Shown one piece after another: positions 1 to 8,656 of a DNA stretch of 32,000 nt; within the stretch, counting starts at the first letter, position 1; each line of letters opens with the position of its first letter. The DNA lies in NCBI RefSeq assembly GCF_000008565.1, contig NC_001264.1, positions 348,347 to 380,346 on the forward strand, given 5' to 3'. The notes beneath the pieces are model-generated. The model saw only the letters and a program-made list of their open reading frames with translations, was not told the origin of the DNA and searched no databases. Position numbers and translations under genes: made by a program. The stretch is from Deinococcus radiodurans R1 = ATCC 13939 = DSM 20539 (GTDB taxonomy: Bacteria; Deinococcota; Deinococci; Deinococcales; Deinococcaceae).

Positions 1-1
1 G

Positions 2-475
2 AGCCTGGCGGGAACGGCCTGGCTGCTGCGGACCCCTTTCGGCTCGCTGCTCACCGCCGTGCGCGACAACGAAAACCGCACCCGCTTTCTGGGCTACAAC
101 CCGGCGGCGTTCAAGGTGGCGGCCTTCGTGCTCGGCGGCGTGCTCTCGGGGCTGTCGGGGGCGCTGTACACCCTGCACCTCGGCACGATTTCGCCCGCGA
201 TGATCGGCGTCGCCTTTTCCATCGAACTCGTCGTGTGGGTCGCTCTCGGCGGGCGGGCCAGCCTGTGGGGCGCGGCGGGCGGCCTGGTGCTGGGTGAACT
301 TGCCAAAGACCGCATTTCGAGCGCCGCCCCCGACGCTTGGCTGTATGTCATGGGCGGACTGTTTGTCGGCGTGGTGATGTTCCTGCCGCAGGGGGTGGCG
401 GGGCTGCTCACTCGCCGCCGGACGCCGGTTCCTCTCCCTGCGCCCGAACTGCGCGAGGTGCGCGATGTCGCCTGA
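2..475 (+). CDS. urtC: HAAT-family (urea/branched-chain amino acid type) ABC transporter permease, C-terminal part; the 5' end lies outside the window
   Basis: The frame is open from position 2 with no stop. The sequence is hydrophobic and TM-rich, with the LivM/UrtC-type signature RDNE..R..FLGYN....K..AF.L.G.LSGLSGALY. It overlaps the downstream ATPase gene by 11 nt. Confidence 0.8.
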   Translation, partial: SLAGTAWLLRTPFGSLLTAVRDNENRTRFLGYNPAAFKVAAFVLGGVLSGLSGALYTLHLGTISPAMIGVAFSIELVVWVALGGRASLWGAAGGLVLGELAKDRISSAAPDAWLYVMGGLFVGVVMFLPQGVAGLLTRRRTPVPLPAPELREVRDVA

Positions 476-1220
476 GCTGCTCGAGGTGCGCGGCGTGACA
501 GTGTCTTTCGGCGGCTTCAAGGCGCTGCAAGACCTCTCGCTCTCGGTGCAGCCGGGCAGCCTGCGGGTGCTGATCGGCCCCAACGGCGCGGGCAAAAGCA
601 CCCTGCTCGACACCATTATCGGCAAGGTGCGCCCGGCGGCGGGCGAGGTGTATTTCCGGGGAGAAAAGATTTCTGGCCTGCCCGAACACCTGATCGCTCG
701 CCGGGGCATCTGCCGCAAGTTTCAGGCGCCGGGGGTGCTCGACGGCCTGAGTGTCCGTGACAACCTGCGGCTGGCCGTGCGCGCCGACAAGGGGGTGCTG
801 GCCAGCTTTTCCCCCCGGCGACGGCAGGAGGAAGAAGCCCGAACCGACGAACTGCTGGCCCTGACCGGCCTGGGTGAACGTCAGGACGTGATGGCGAGCG
901 AACTCGCGCACGGCGAAAAACAATGGCTGGAAATCGGCATGGTGGTGGCGGGCCGGCCCGCCCTGCTGCTGCTCGACGAACCCACCGCCGGCATGACGGC
1001 CCAGGAGACGGCGCAGACCGCCGAGCTGATTCGCTCGCTGGCCGGCAAACACGCGGTGCTCGTCATTGACCACGACATGCAGTTTGTCGAGTTGCTCGCC
1101 GCTCCCGTCACGGTGCTGCACCAGGGGCAGGTGTTCCGGGAAGGCGACCTCGACCACCTGAGAAATGACCCCGACGTGATGGAAATCTACCTGGGCCGTC
1201 CCCGAGAAGCGGCGGATTAG
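465..1220 (+). CDS. urtD: ABC transporter ATP-binding protein, UrtD/LivG-like
   Basis: Walker A GPNGAGKST, ABC signature and Walker B LLLLDEPTAGM are present. The GICRKFQAPGV segment and the 251-aa length resemble UrtD more than LivG. ATG start. The stop codon TAG (1218-1220) lies inside the terminal TTAGAG of the adjacent repeat. Confidence 0.85.
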   Translation: MSPELLEVRGVTVSFGGFKALQDLSLSVQPGSLRVLIGPNGAGKSTLLDTIIGKVRPAAGEVYFRGEKISGLPEHLIARRGICRKFQAPGVLDGLSVRDNLRLAVRADKGVLASFSPRRRQEEEARTDELLALTGLGERQDVMASELAHGEKQWLEIGMVVAGRPALLLLDEPTAGMTAQETAQTAELIRSLAGKHAVLVIDHDMQFVELLAAPVTVLHQGQVFREGDLDHLRNDPDVMEIYLGRPREAAD

Positions 1221-1348
1221 AGCCTTTGACAAAAAGATGGCACAGCTTTTTGGCGAGCGAAGCGAGTACAAAACACGGAGCAGGACGAAGAATGCAGCGG
1301 GTGGCGGTGCTGTTTGGACACCCGCGTAATTCGGAGAACTGCTCTAAG
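1217..1348 (-). repeat. Small non-coding repeat (Deinococcus SNR/MITE-like), copy 1, inverted and internally deleted relative to copies 2 and 3
   Basis: Termini TTAGAG...CTCTAAG. It shares the blocks TTTGACAAAAAGATGGCACAGCTT...GGCGAGCG and CGCGTAATTCGGAGAACTGCTCTA with the elements at 10184-10376 and 13422-13592, in reverse complement. Confidence 0.85.
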
Positions 1349-1365
1349 AATAAGAAGGAGAAGAC

Positions 1366-2070
1366 ATGCTCAAGCTCGAACACGTCAGCGCCGCTTACGG
1401 CCAAAGCCCGGTGCTGTTCGACATCGACCTGGAAGTGCGCGACGCCGAGGCGGTGGCATTGATCGGGCGCAACGGCGTCGGCAAATCCACCCTGCTGCGA
1501 ACCATCAGTGGCCTGCACCCGGTCACGGCGGGTGGGGTCCGGCTGGGCGGCGAGGCCGTCGAACACGCACCGGCTTTTGCCCGCGCCCGCGCCGGGCTGG
1601 CCTACGTGCCGCAGGGCCGGGGCCTGTTTTCCCACCTGACCGTCGAGGAAAACCTGCTTATGGGCCTCTCGGCGCTCGGCGGGCGGCCCGCGACGAAAAA
1701 GGAGATTCCTCCTCTGGTGTACGACCTTTTTCCCATTTGCCACGACATGCGGGCCCGCAAGGCCGGCAACCTGTCGGGCGGGCAACAGCAGCAGGTCGCC
1801 ATCGGGCGCGCGCTGGTCACCCGGCCCGCCTACCTGCTGCTCGATGAGCCCACCGAGGGCATTCAGCCGAGCATCGTGCAGGACATCGAGGCCGCACTGG
1901 GCCGCATCCGCGCCGAGTTGCGGGTGGCGGTCTTGCTGGTCGAGCAGTACCTCGATTTCGCCTGGGCCTTTGCCGACCGCTATTACGTGCTGCAACGCGG
2001 GCGCGTGGTCGAAAGCGGCCTGACTGCCGACGTGCAGCCGAGTGCGGTGCAGCGTTACCTGAGCGTGTAG
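1366..2070 (+). CDS. urtE: ABC transporter ATP-binding protein, UrtE/LivF-like
   Basis: Walker A GRNGVGKST, signature LSGGQQQ and Walker B LLLLDEPTEG. Length 234 aa. RBS GAAGGAG lies 6-7 nt upstream of the ATG. Confidence 0.85.
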   Translation: MLKLEHVSAAYGQSPVLFDIDLEVRDAEAVALIGRNGVGKSTLLRTISGLHPVTAGGVRLGGEAVEHAPAFARARAGLAYVPQGRGLFSHLTVEENLLMGLSALGGRPATKKEIPPLVYDLFPICHDMRARKAGNLSGGQQQQVAIGRALVTRPAYLLLDEPTEGIQPSIVQDIEAALGRIRAELRVAVLLVEQYLDFAWAFADRYYVLQRGRVVESGLTADVQPSAVQRYLSV

Positions 2071-2085
2071 GTTAAAGCACCGAGT

Positions 2086-2117
2086 GGCCGTTCTGACACT
2101 GCAAAGTCAGGACGGCC
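2086..2117 (+). terminator. Stem-loop after urtE (12-bp stem with one G-U pair, 8-nt loop)
   Basis: GGCCGTTCTGAC-ACTGCAAA-GTCAGGACGGCC lies 16 nt after the urtE stop. There is no strong T-tract. Confidence 0.5.
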
Positions 2118-2261
2118 ATGATGTGTCTCTGGAGAAACCAATGTTACCGAGAAGTCCGACTTTTAAAGCAGGTTTGTCATTCCCCGAGCATCTGCGATAA
2201 GGTACCGGCCAACTTCAAGTTCAGCTCACGTCTCTCATAGAATAGACGTGCAGGAGGTCGT

Positions 2262-4226
2262 ATGCGCTTTACTCTTTCCGTCCTGTCCCTGACCTCTGTC
2301 TTGCTGCTCAGTGGATGCGGCCTGCTCAGTACCCCGAGCGATCCCAACGCGCTGACCGTTCAAACGGCCCAGGGCAATGTGAATCTCAGTGGAAAAAACG
2401 TCGTCGTGGTCAGCAAGGACACTCGCTCACCCGAAGGCGCTGCCATTTGGGCCGGCGACCTCAGCAAATTGCAGGGCGGCCCAGCAGACGTGACTTATCT
2501 GCTGCTCCCAGGAGGCGCAACTGCAACTGAGATTCAGGCCCGCGCTGACGAACTGCGCACCGCCGTCACGTCGGCGGGGCTGAGTGGCGTCAATGTGGTC
2601 GTGGCAAGTGCGCCGCCTGCCCCAGATTCGGCGCTCGGCAAATTGCTCGACCAGTGGGGCACGGACCTGCGCGACGTGAAAACGAGCTGGAATGGCGGCA
2701 GCTTGCAAGTCATCGCGCTCGGCGATTCGGGCATCGGCAAAAGCTTTACGGGCACGGTGGCCCTCGATGCTGTTCTGTACGGCAACGATGCCTGCGGTGA
2801 CAAGGCACCTGTCAACGACGTAGCGGGCAAGGCAGCGGTTATCCTGCGCGGCACCTGCGGCTTTACCGACAAGGTCAAGGCCGCTACCAAGCGCGGCGCG
2901 GCGGCAGTTCTGCTCATCAACAACGACAGTCCTCTGGGCGTCATCCGGGGCGCCTGCGACGACACCTGTAAGTCGGCTATCCTCGCCCTACTGCCCAACA
3001 AGGAAGGCACTCAGCTCGTCGGCGCCCTGCAAAGCGGCAAGACGGCGCGGGTGGAAGTGACCAACCTGCGCGTGTTACCCAGCGTCCTGCGTATCTCGCC
3101 CGACGGCACCGCAACCGATACTGGTCCGATTCCCTACGTGTTTAATTCCTACCTCGAAGAGGACGGAGTTAAGCCGGTGGACCCTTTCTCTTCAGTGCGC
3201 AAGGAAGGCGAGTACCTGAGTTGGGAAACGGCACTCAAAACCCGCCTCCAGAACGAGGACAAGAGCGGCAAAGTTACAGTTGTACCCGTCTTCAAGAGCC
3301 AGTTGGCCAAAGACCCCAGCTGGCGCAAAGAAATGATCTACGCCGACGTGACCTTGCCCGCCAACTTTGCGCAGTTCGACACCCTAGAACTTGACCGTGC
3401 CCTGGCCTGCGACGCTGCGCGCAAATCGGCCTGTCCTCCCTGGGACTACGAAACGAACCTCTATATTTGTGATCCTCTCGACCTCACCAAGTGCAATCAG
3501 GAACTTGCCCGTGACATCACGCCCTACTGGAACAGTGGCCGTTGGGTCACCGACATTAGTCCGCTGCTCGCCGTACTGCGCGAAAAGGCGGTGAACGGCA
3601 AGGTGCGCCTCGCTTACTGGACGGTGCAGCCTTACAAGGTGACGATGAATCTGCGCTTCCAGAACAAAGGCAATGCCCTGATTCCCGTCTGGGCCGCGCC
3701 ACTCAAGTTCGGCGGGGCTTTCGGGGACGGGGCTTATAACACCCGGCAGGCCCCAGTAACCTTCGAGCGCCCGGCCTGGGCCAAGAAAGTCGAGTTCTCG
3801 ACGCTGGTCACGGGACACGGCTTCAACGATTCCAAGAGCTGCGCTGAGTTCTGCAATACCGTTCACCACGTCACCGTGAACGGCAACGACTTCACGCTGA
3901 GCAGCCCGGTGACCGACAATCCGCTGGGATGCTTTGAGCAGGTCAAGGATGGAGTGGTACCCAACCAGTCCGGCACCTGGGTCTACGGGCGCAACAACTG
4001 GTGTCCCGGCCAGGGCGTCAAGCTGTGGAACAGCGACCTCAGCGCCGCCGCGACAGGTCCTGGACCTCATACCCTGACTTATAAGGCGCTGGTCGACGGC
4101 CAGGACCACTTATCCAAGCTCGAAGACGGCGCCGAGCGTGACGCCAGCATTCACATGACAAGCTGGCTGGTCTATTACGCCGAGCGTGGCGCGGCTCTGC
4201 CGAGCAAACCGAACGTCAAGCAGTAG
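2262..4226 (+). CDS. Lipoprotein with a protease-associated (PA) domain and a C-terminal peptide-N-glycosidase F (PNGase F)-like domain
   Basis: Lipobox signal MRFTLSVLSLTSVLLLSGC. PA-domain motif GKAAVILRGTCGFTDKVKAATKRGAAAVLLINND. The C-terminal half matches remembered PNGase F blocks: CPPWDYETNLYI (cf. CDEWDRYANVYV), ITPYW, TGHG...CAEFC..VHHV.VNG (cf. CAEWCFRTHTIAINN) and NWCPGQGV (cf. GWCPGMAV). RBS AGGAGG is upstream. Confidence 0.75.
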   Translation: MRFTLSVLSLTSVLLLSGCGLLSTPSDPNALTVQTAQGNVNLSGKNVVVVSKDTRSPEGAAIWAGDLSKLQGGPADVTYLLLPGGATATEIQARADELRTAVTSAGLSGVNVVVASAPPAPDSALGKLLDQWGTDLRDVKTSWNGGSLQVIALGDSGIGKSFTGTVALDAVLYGNDACGDKAPVNDVAGKAAVILRGTCGFTDKVKAATKRGAAAVLLINNDSPLGVIRGACDDTCKSAILALLPNKEGTQLVGALQSGKTARVEVTNLRVLPSVLRISPDGTATDTGPIPYVFNSYLEEDGVKPVDPFSSVRKEGEYLSWETALKTRLQNEDKSGKVTVVPVFKSQLAKDPSWRKEMIYADVTLPANFAQFDTLELDRALACDAARKSACPPWDYETNLYICDPLDLTKCNQELARDITPYWNSGRWVTDISPLLAVLREKAVNGKVRLAYWTVQPYKVTMNLRFQNKGNALIPVWAAPLKFGGAFGDGAYNTRQAPVTFERPAWAKKVEFSTLVTGHGFNDSKSCAEFCNTVHHVTVNGNDFTLSSPVTDNPLGCFEQVKDGVVPNQSGTWVYGRNNWCPGQGVKLWNSDLSAAATGPGPHTLTYKALVDGQDHLSKLEDGAERDASIHMTSWLVYYAERGAALPSKPNVKQ

Positions 4227-4262
4227 ATTGATTGGCCACCGGTAGGACCGGCCCGGCACTCC

Positions 4263-4290
4263 CTCCCGGCAGAGCGCACCCTGCCGGGAG
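4263..4290 (+). terminator. Perfect 10-bp GC-rich stem-loop after the PNGase-like gene
   Basis: CTCCCGGCAG-AGCGCACC-CTGCCGGGAG lies 37 nt after the stop at 4226. It falls inside the implausible N-terminal extension of the track ORF 4232..5548. Confidence 0.5.
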
Positions 4291-4426
4291 CTGTCATGCC
4301 CAGTCGCCTCGCTCCCCTCACCCGTCTCAGCAAACCGGTCAGTCCCACAGGGACAAAAACTCTAGACTGAAGAATGTCAGCTTATTTGCACCGGGCGGGC
4401 GGCACCCCGCGTCCAGGACGCTGCCC

Positions 4427-5548
4427 TTGACGGCCTACCTCATCTCCGCCGCCACCGCCGTGCCCGGCACCGCTTATCCCCAGACCCTGATTCGTGACCT
4501 GCTTCGGGCGCAGCCGCAAATGGACCGGCTGGCACAGCGGCTCATTCCCAGTGCCTTCAATGCCTCGGGCATCGACACCCGCTACAGCGTAATTCCCGAT
4601 TACCTGGGCGCGGGCGGCCCCTTTTTCGACGCCGTGAGCGGGCAGATGCTCTCGCCGGGCACCGGCCTACGCAACGAGGTCTACACCCGCGAGGTCACGC
4701 CACTGTTTATCGATGCCGGGCGGCGGGCACTGGAGGGCAGCGGACTGGCGCCGGAGGACATCACCCATGTCGTCACGGTGTCGTGCACGGGCTTTTTCGC
4801 GCCCGGCCCCGATTATCTGGTGGTGCGGGCGCTGGGCCTGCCCGCCACGACCCAGCGCTTTCACGTCGGGTTCATGGGCTGCTACGCGGCGTTTCCGGCG
4901 CTGCGGATGGCGCGGGCCTTTTGCGACGCCGACCCGCAAGCCAACGTGCTCGTCATCTGCGCCGAGCTCTGCACCCTGCACGTCAAGGTGTCGCCTGACC
5001 CCGACGATATCGTGTCCAGCGCGGTCTTTGCCGACGGCGCGGCGGCGGTGGTGGTGAGTGCTCAGCCTCCCGTCACGGGTCGGACGGCGCTGCGCTTCGA
5101 CGCCTTCGAGACGGCGCTCACCCCGCCCGACCAGGGCGAAAAGGACATGGCGTGGACGATTGGCGACCAGGGCTACCAGATGGTCTTGAGCAGCTACGTG
5201 CCGCGCCTGATCGAAACCCACCTGCACGGCGCGGTGGGGCCGCTGCTGCACACGCTGCCGGGCGAACTCGCGCAGGCGGGCGAGCACATCGAGCACTGGG
5301 CGGTGCACCCCGGTGGGCGCAGCATTCTGGACAAGGTGGAAGGCAGCCTGGGCCTCAGCGAAACGCAGATGCACGCCTCGCGTGAGGAGCTGAGGCGCTA
5401 CGGCAACATGAGCAGCGCGACGGTGCTGTTTATTCTGCGTGACCTGCTGGAAGAGGTCAGGGACGGCGAACGGGTCTGCGCGATGGCCTTCGGGCCGGGC
5501 CTGACGGTGGAATCGGGGCTGATGACCGCGGTGGGGGCGAGTGAATAG
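4427..5548 (+). CDS. Type III polyketide synthase (chalcone synthase superfamily, bacterial alkylresorcinol/alkylpyrone synthase-like)
   Basis: The Cys-His-Asn triad contexts are VSCTGFFAPGPD, WAVHPGGRSILD and YGNMSSATVLF, with a conserved N-terminus YLISAATAVPG. The start is uncertain. In-frame TTG at 4427 gives 373 aa. The track start at 4232 is also TTG and would add a Pro/Arg/Ser-rich 65-aa extension that runs through a terminator-like hairpin. Confidence 0.88.
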   Translation: MTAYLISAATAVPGTAYPQTLIRDLLRAQPQMDRLAQRLIPSAFNASGIDTRYSVIPDYLGAGGPFFDAVSGQMLSPGTGLRNEVYTREVTPLFIDAGRRALEGSGLAPEDITHVVTVSCTGFFAPGPDYLVVRALGLPATTQRFHVGFMGCYAAFPALRMARAFCDADPQANVLVICAELCTLHVKVSPDPDDIVSSAVFADGAAAVVVSAQPPVTGRTALRFDAFETALTPPDQGEKDMAWTIGDQGYQMVLSSYVPRLIETHLHGAVGPLLHTLPGELAQAGEHIEHWAVHPGGRSILDKVEGSLGLSETQMHASREELRRYGNMSSATVLFILRDLLEEVRDGERVCAMAFGPGLTVESGLMTAVGASE

Positions 5549-6251
5549 GACTTGGCCCGATTTCAGTCGCCGTGAGCAGAACGTCCCGGAGCTGATGGAC
5601 GACCCGGCGTGCGACCTGCGCCAGCTTGAGCGCACCTACGCGCAGTTCGAGCAGGTCAACGCGCTGGTTTCGGGCTGGGAAGTGGTCTACCGGCGCGAGC
5701 TGCGGCCCCGGCTGCGGCGGGACCGGGCCATGACGCTGCTCGACATCGGCTGCGGTGGGGGCGACCTGGCGCGGCAATTGCTTCGCTGGGCGGCGCGGGA
5801 CGGCTTTTCCCTGCGGGTGCTGGGCATCGACGCCGACGAGCGGGCCATTCACTACGCCCAGGCGCAGCCGCCGCGCTCCGGCCTGAGCTTCCGGGCCGCG
5901 CTGAGCGGGGAGCTGCTGCGTGGGGGCGAGCGCTTCGACTTCATCGTTTCCAACCACGTGCTGCACCACCTTACCGACGCCGAGGTGCCGGAGCTGCTGC
6001 GCGACTGCGAGGGTCTGTGCCGGGGCGTCACGCTGCACAGCGACATCGAGCGGCACCCGCTGGCCTACGCGGGCTTTGCGCTGCTCGCCGCGCCGCTGTT
6101 CCGCGACTCGTTCATCCTTTATGACGGCACGCTTTCCGTGCGCCGCAGCTTCCGGGAGGACGAACTGCGGCGCCTTGCCCCGGCGGGCTGGCAGGTCACG
6201 CGGCCCTTTCCGTTCCGGCTGCTGCTGAAACATGAGGCCGGGCGTGCTTGA
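5541..6251 (+). CDS. Class I SAM-dependent methyltransferase
   Basis: SAM-binding motif I is LLDIGCGGGDLARQL. The GTG start overlaps the PKS stop by 8 nt. Length 236 aa. Confidence 0.8.
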   Translation: MNRTWPDFSRREQNVPELMDDPACDLRQLERTYAQFEQVNALVSGWEVVYRRELRPRLRRDRAMTLLDIGCGGGDLARQLLRWAARDGFSLRVLGIDADERAIHYAQAQPPRSGLSFRAALSGELLRGGERFDFIVSNHVLHHLTDAEVPELLRDCEGLCRGVTLHSDIERHPLAYAGFALLAAPLFRDSFILYDGTLSVRRSFREDELRRLAPAGWQVTRPFPFRLLLKHEAGRA

Positions 6252-7386
6252 CGTGCTGGTGGTGGGCGGCGGGCCGGTGGGGACATTTCTGGGAGCGCTG
6301 CTGGCAAAAAGCGGCCTGAGCGTGCAGGTCTGCGAGCGGCGCACGGCACCCTGGGAACATTCCCGCGCCATCGGGCTTCACCCACCGGCTCTGCGGGCGT
6401 TCGAGTCCATCGGCCTGACCCCGGCCATCGTGGAGGCCGCCGTCAAAATCCGGCGCGGGCTGGTCATCGGGGAGACGGGCGTGCTCGGCGAACTGCCGAT
6501 GACCGGGGCGGGACGGGATTACCCGTTCATCCTGGCGCTGCCGCAGGTGGAAACCGAGCGGCGGCTCTGGGAGCGCCTGGACGACCTCGCCCCGGACGCC
6601 CTGCGGCGCGGCTGCGAGGTGCGCGAGGTGCGTGACCTGGGAGGCCACTGCGAGGTCACGGTCACCCAGGACGGACGCGAGGAGCGCCTGAGTGCCCGCT
6701 TCGTCGTGGCGGCGGACGGCTGGCGCTCGGCGGTGCGGACGGCGGCGGGAATCGGGTTTCACGGCGGCCCCTACCCCGACCCCTACCTGATGGGCGATTT
6801 TCCCGACACCACACCCTTCGGCGACGACGCTGTGGTGTTCATCAAGCCGGGCGGCGTGGTGGAATGTTTTCCGCTGCCGGGCCGCCTGCGACGCTGGGTG
6901 GTGCATCTCGGTCAAGCTCTGGCTGACCCGCTGCCTGAGGACCTCACCCGCATCATCCGCGAGCGCACCGGCCTGCCGGTTCCGACCTCCGAATGCCGGA
7001 TGCTCAGCGCCTTCGGGGTGCAGCGCTTTCAAGCGGCGCGAATGTGGCAGGGCCGGCTGCTGCTCGTCGGCGACGCCGCGCATGTGGTCAGCCCCATCGG
7101 CGGGCAGGGCATGACGCTCGGGTGGCTGGACGCCCTGGCCCTCGCGCCGCTGCTCACGCGGGCGTGCCGGGGAGACACCGTGACTGACCGCGACTGGCAC
7201 GCCTTCGAGCGCCGCCGCCTGCGGTCCAGTGCGCTCGCCAGCCGGCAGGCCGAGCTGAACATGGCGGCGGGGCGCCCGGCCCGGGGTGGGCTGACCCAGC
7301 CGCTGCGCGAGGCGCTGCTCGCCGGCCTGCTGAAGTCGCCCGCACAACCGCTGCTCGCCGCAACATTCACCATGCGCTGGCTGTGA
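6232..7386 (+). CDS. FAD-dependent aromatic-ring monooxygenase (class A flavoprotein hydroxylase, UbiH/PHBH-like)
   Basis: N-terminal dinucleotide fold VLVVGGGPVGTFLGALLAKSG. The DG motif ADGWRS and the GD motif LLLVGDAAHVVSPIGGQGM are present. It overlaps the methyltransferase gene by 20 nt. Confidence 0.85.
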   Translation: MRPGVLDVLVVGGGPVGTFLGALLAKSGLSVQVCERRTAPWEHSRAIGLHPPALRAFESIGLTPAIVEAAVKIRRGLVIGETGVLGELPMTGAGRDYPFILALPQVETERRLWERLDDLAPDALRRGCEVREVRDLGGHCEVTVTQDGREERLSARFVVAADGWRSAVRTAAGIGFHGGPYPDPYLMGDFPDTTPFGDDAVVFIKPGGVVECFPLPGRLRRWVVHLGQALADPLPEDLTRIIRERTGLPVPTSECRMLSAFGVQRFQAARMWQGRLLLVGDAAHVVSPIGGQGMTLGWLDALALAPLLTRACRGDTVTDRDWHAFERRRLRSSALASRQAELNMAAGRPARGGLTQPLREALLAGLLKSPAQPLLAATFTMRWL

Positions 7387-7399
7387 GAAAGTCATCCTG

Positions 7400-8656
7400 A
7401 TGCGCATCCTCATCGCCTCGCAGCCCATCGCCGGACACGTGTTGCCGCTCCGGGAAATCGCCCGCGAACTCGCCCGGCGCGGCCACGAGCTGCGCTGGTA
7501 CACCGGGCGCAAGTTCCGGCCCCAGGTCGAAGCGGCAGGCGCCGTGTGGGAGGGCTTCGTCCACGCCCGCGACTACGACGACGCGAATTTCGACGCCGCC
7601 TTCCCTGGCCGCAGTGCCCGGCGCGGGCTGGCGCAACTGCTGTTCGACCTGCGGCACGTCTTCGTGGGGCAGATGGAAGGGCAGTTTTACGACCTGCGCG
7701 ACCTCGAGCGGCGCTGGCGACCCGACGTGGTGCTGGCCGACCAGACGGTGGGCGCGGCGCTGCTGCGCGAGGAACTCGGCGGCCCGCCGGTGGCGCTGCT
7801 CGGCGTGTTGCCGCTGGGGATTGCCAGCCGGGACACCGCGCCTTTCGGGCTGGGCCTCGCGCCGCTGGGGGGGGCTGCCGGTCAACTCAGGAACAGGGCT
7901 TTACAAGTGCTGACTGAGCGAGTCGTGTTCCGGGGCATCTCCGCGCAGCTCGCCGACCTTTGCACGTGGCTGGGACTGCCGGCTCGTTCTTTTGCGCCGC
8001 CCGTCGCCCCCTCGCTGATGCTGCAACCGAGCGTGCCGCGCCTGGAATACCTCCGGCGTGACCTGCCGCCGCAGGTGCGCTTCATTGGACCGCTGGTGCT
8101 GCCCGCTGGCGAGTTCACGCCGCCCGCGTGGTGGAACGACATTCTGACTGCTGAGCGGCCCGTGGTCCTCGTCACGCAGGGCACGCTGGCGACCCGGCCT
8201 GAGCAACTGCTGCGCCCAGCCCTGGCCGCGCTGGCCGACGAGGACGTGCTGGTGGTGGCGGCGGGCGTGGCCCCTGAGCGCCTCGGCCCGCTGCCTGCCA
8301 ATGCGCGTGCGGCGGCGTTCGTCCCCTTCACGGCGCTGCTGCCGCACGTCGCGGTGTCCCTCACCAACGGCGGGTATGGCGGCACCGTGCAGGCGCTGAG
8401 CCACGGCGTGCCGTGCGTGGTGGCGGGCCGCAGTGAGGACAAGGCCGAGGTCGCGGCGCGGGTGGCGTACAGCGGCGCGGGCCTGAACCTGGGCACGGCC
8501 ACGCCTTCACCTGCCCGAATTCGTGCGGCGGTGCGGCGGGTGCTGCGCGAACCGGCCTTCCGCGAGCAGGCGGGCGAGCTGGGGCACGAGCTGCGGCAGC
8601 ACGACGCGCCGCGTGAGGCGGCAGACTGGCTCGAAACCCTGGGAGGAAAGAAATGA
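7400..8656 (+). CDS. GT1-family (MGT/UDP-glycosyltransferase-like) glycosyltransferase
   Basis: The N-terminus MRILIASQPIAGHVLPLREIARELARRGHEL and the C-terminal nucleotide-sugar binding block TNGGYGGTVQALSHGVPCVVAGRSEDKAEVAARV are typical of macrolide/sterol-type GT1 enzymes. Confidence 0.8.
   Translation: MRILIASQPIAGHVLPLREIARELARRGHELRWYTGRKFRPQVEAAGAVWEGFVHARDYDDANFDAAFPGRSARRGLAQLLFDLRHVFVGQMEGQFYDLRDLERRWRPDVVLADQTVGAALLREELGGPPVALLGVLPLGIASRDTAPFGLGLAPLGGAAGQLRNRALQVLTERVVFRGISAQLADLCTWLGLPARSFAPPVAPSLMLQPSVPRLEYLRRDLPPQVRFIGPLVLPAGEFTPPAWWNDILTAERPVVLVTQGTLATRPEQLLRPALAALADEDVLVVAAGVAPERLGPLPANARAAAFVPFTALLPHVAVSLTNGGYGGTVQALSHGVPCVVAGRSEDKAEVAARVAYSGAGLNLGTATPSPARIRAAVRRVLREPAFREQAGELGHELRQHDAPREAADWLETLGGKK

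Noticed and set aside
1226-1231. A perfect TTGACA hexamer present in all three SNR copies, considered as a repeat-borne -35 promoter element.
   Set aside because: - No acceptable -10 hexamer follows at 16-18 nt (TTTGGC or TTTTGG).
- In copies 2 and 3 it points antisense into the element.
- It is recorded only as an observation inside the repeat finding.
1226-1462. Small ORFs lying inside the SNR repeats (1226..1462 +, 10201..10389 +, 10173..10421 -, 10114..10356 -) that yield similar peptides such as FDKKMAQLFGER.
   Set aside because: - The peptide similarity simply reflects the repeated DNA.
- The copies differ by frame-breaking indels, so no reading frame is conserved across the three copies.
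2227-2250. A 7-bp inverted repeat, CACGTCT-N10-AGACGTG, just upstream of the RBS of the PNGase-like gene.
   Set aside because: - It is too short to distinguish from chance.
- It could be an operator or a 5'-UTR hairpin, but nothing else supports this.
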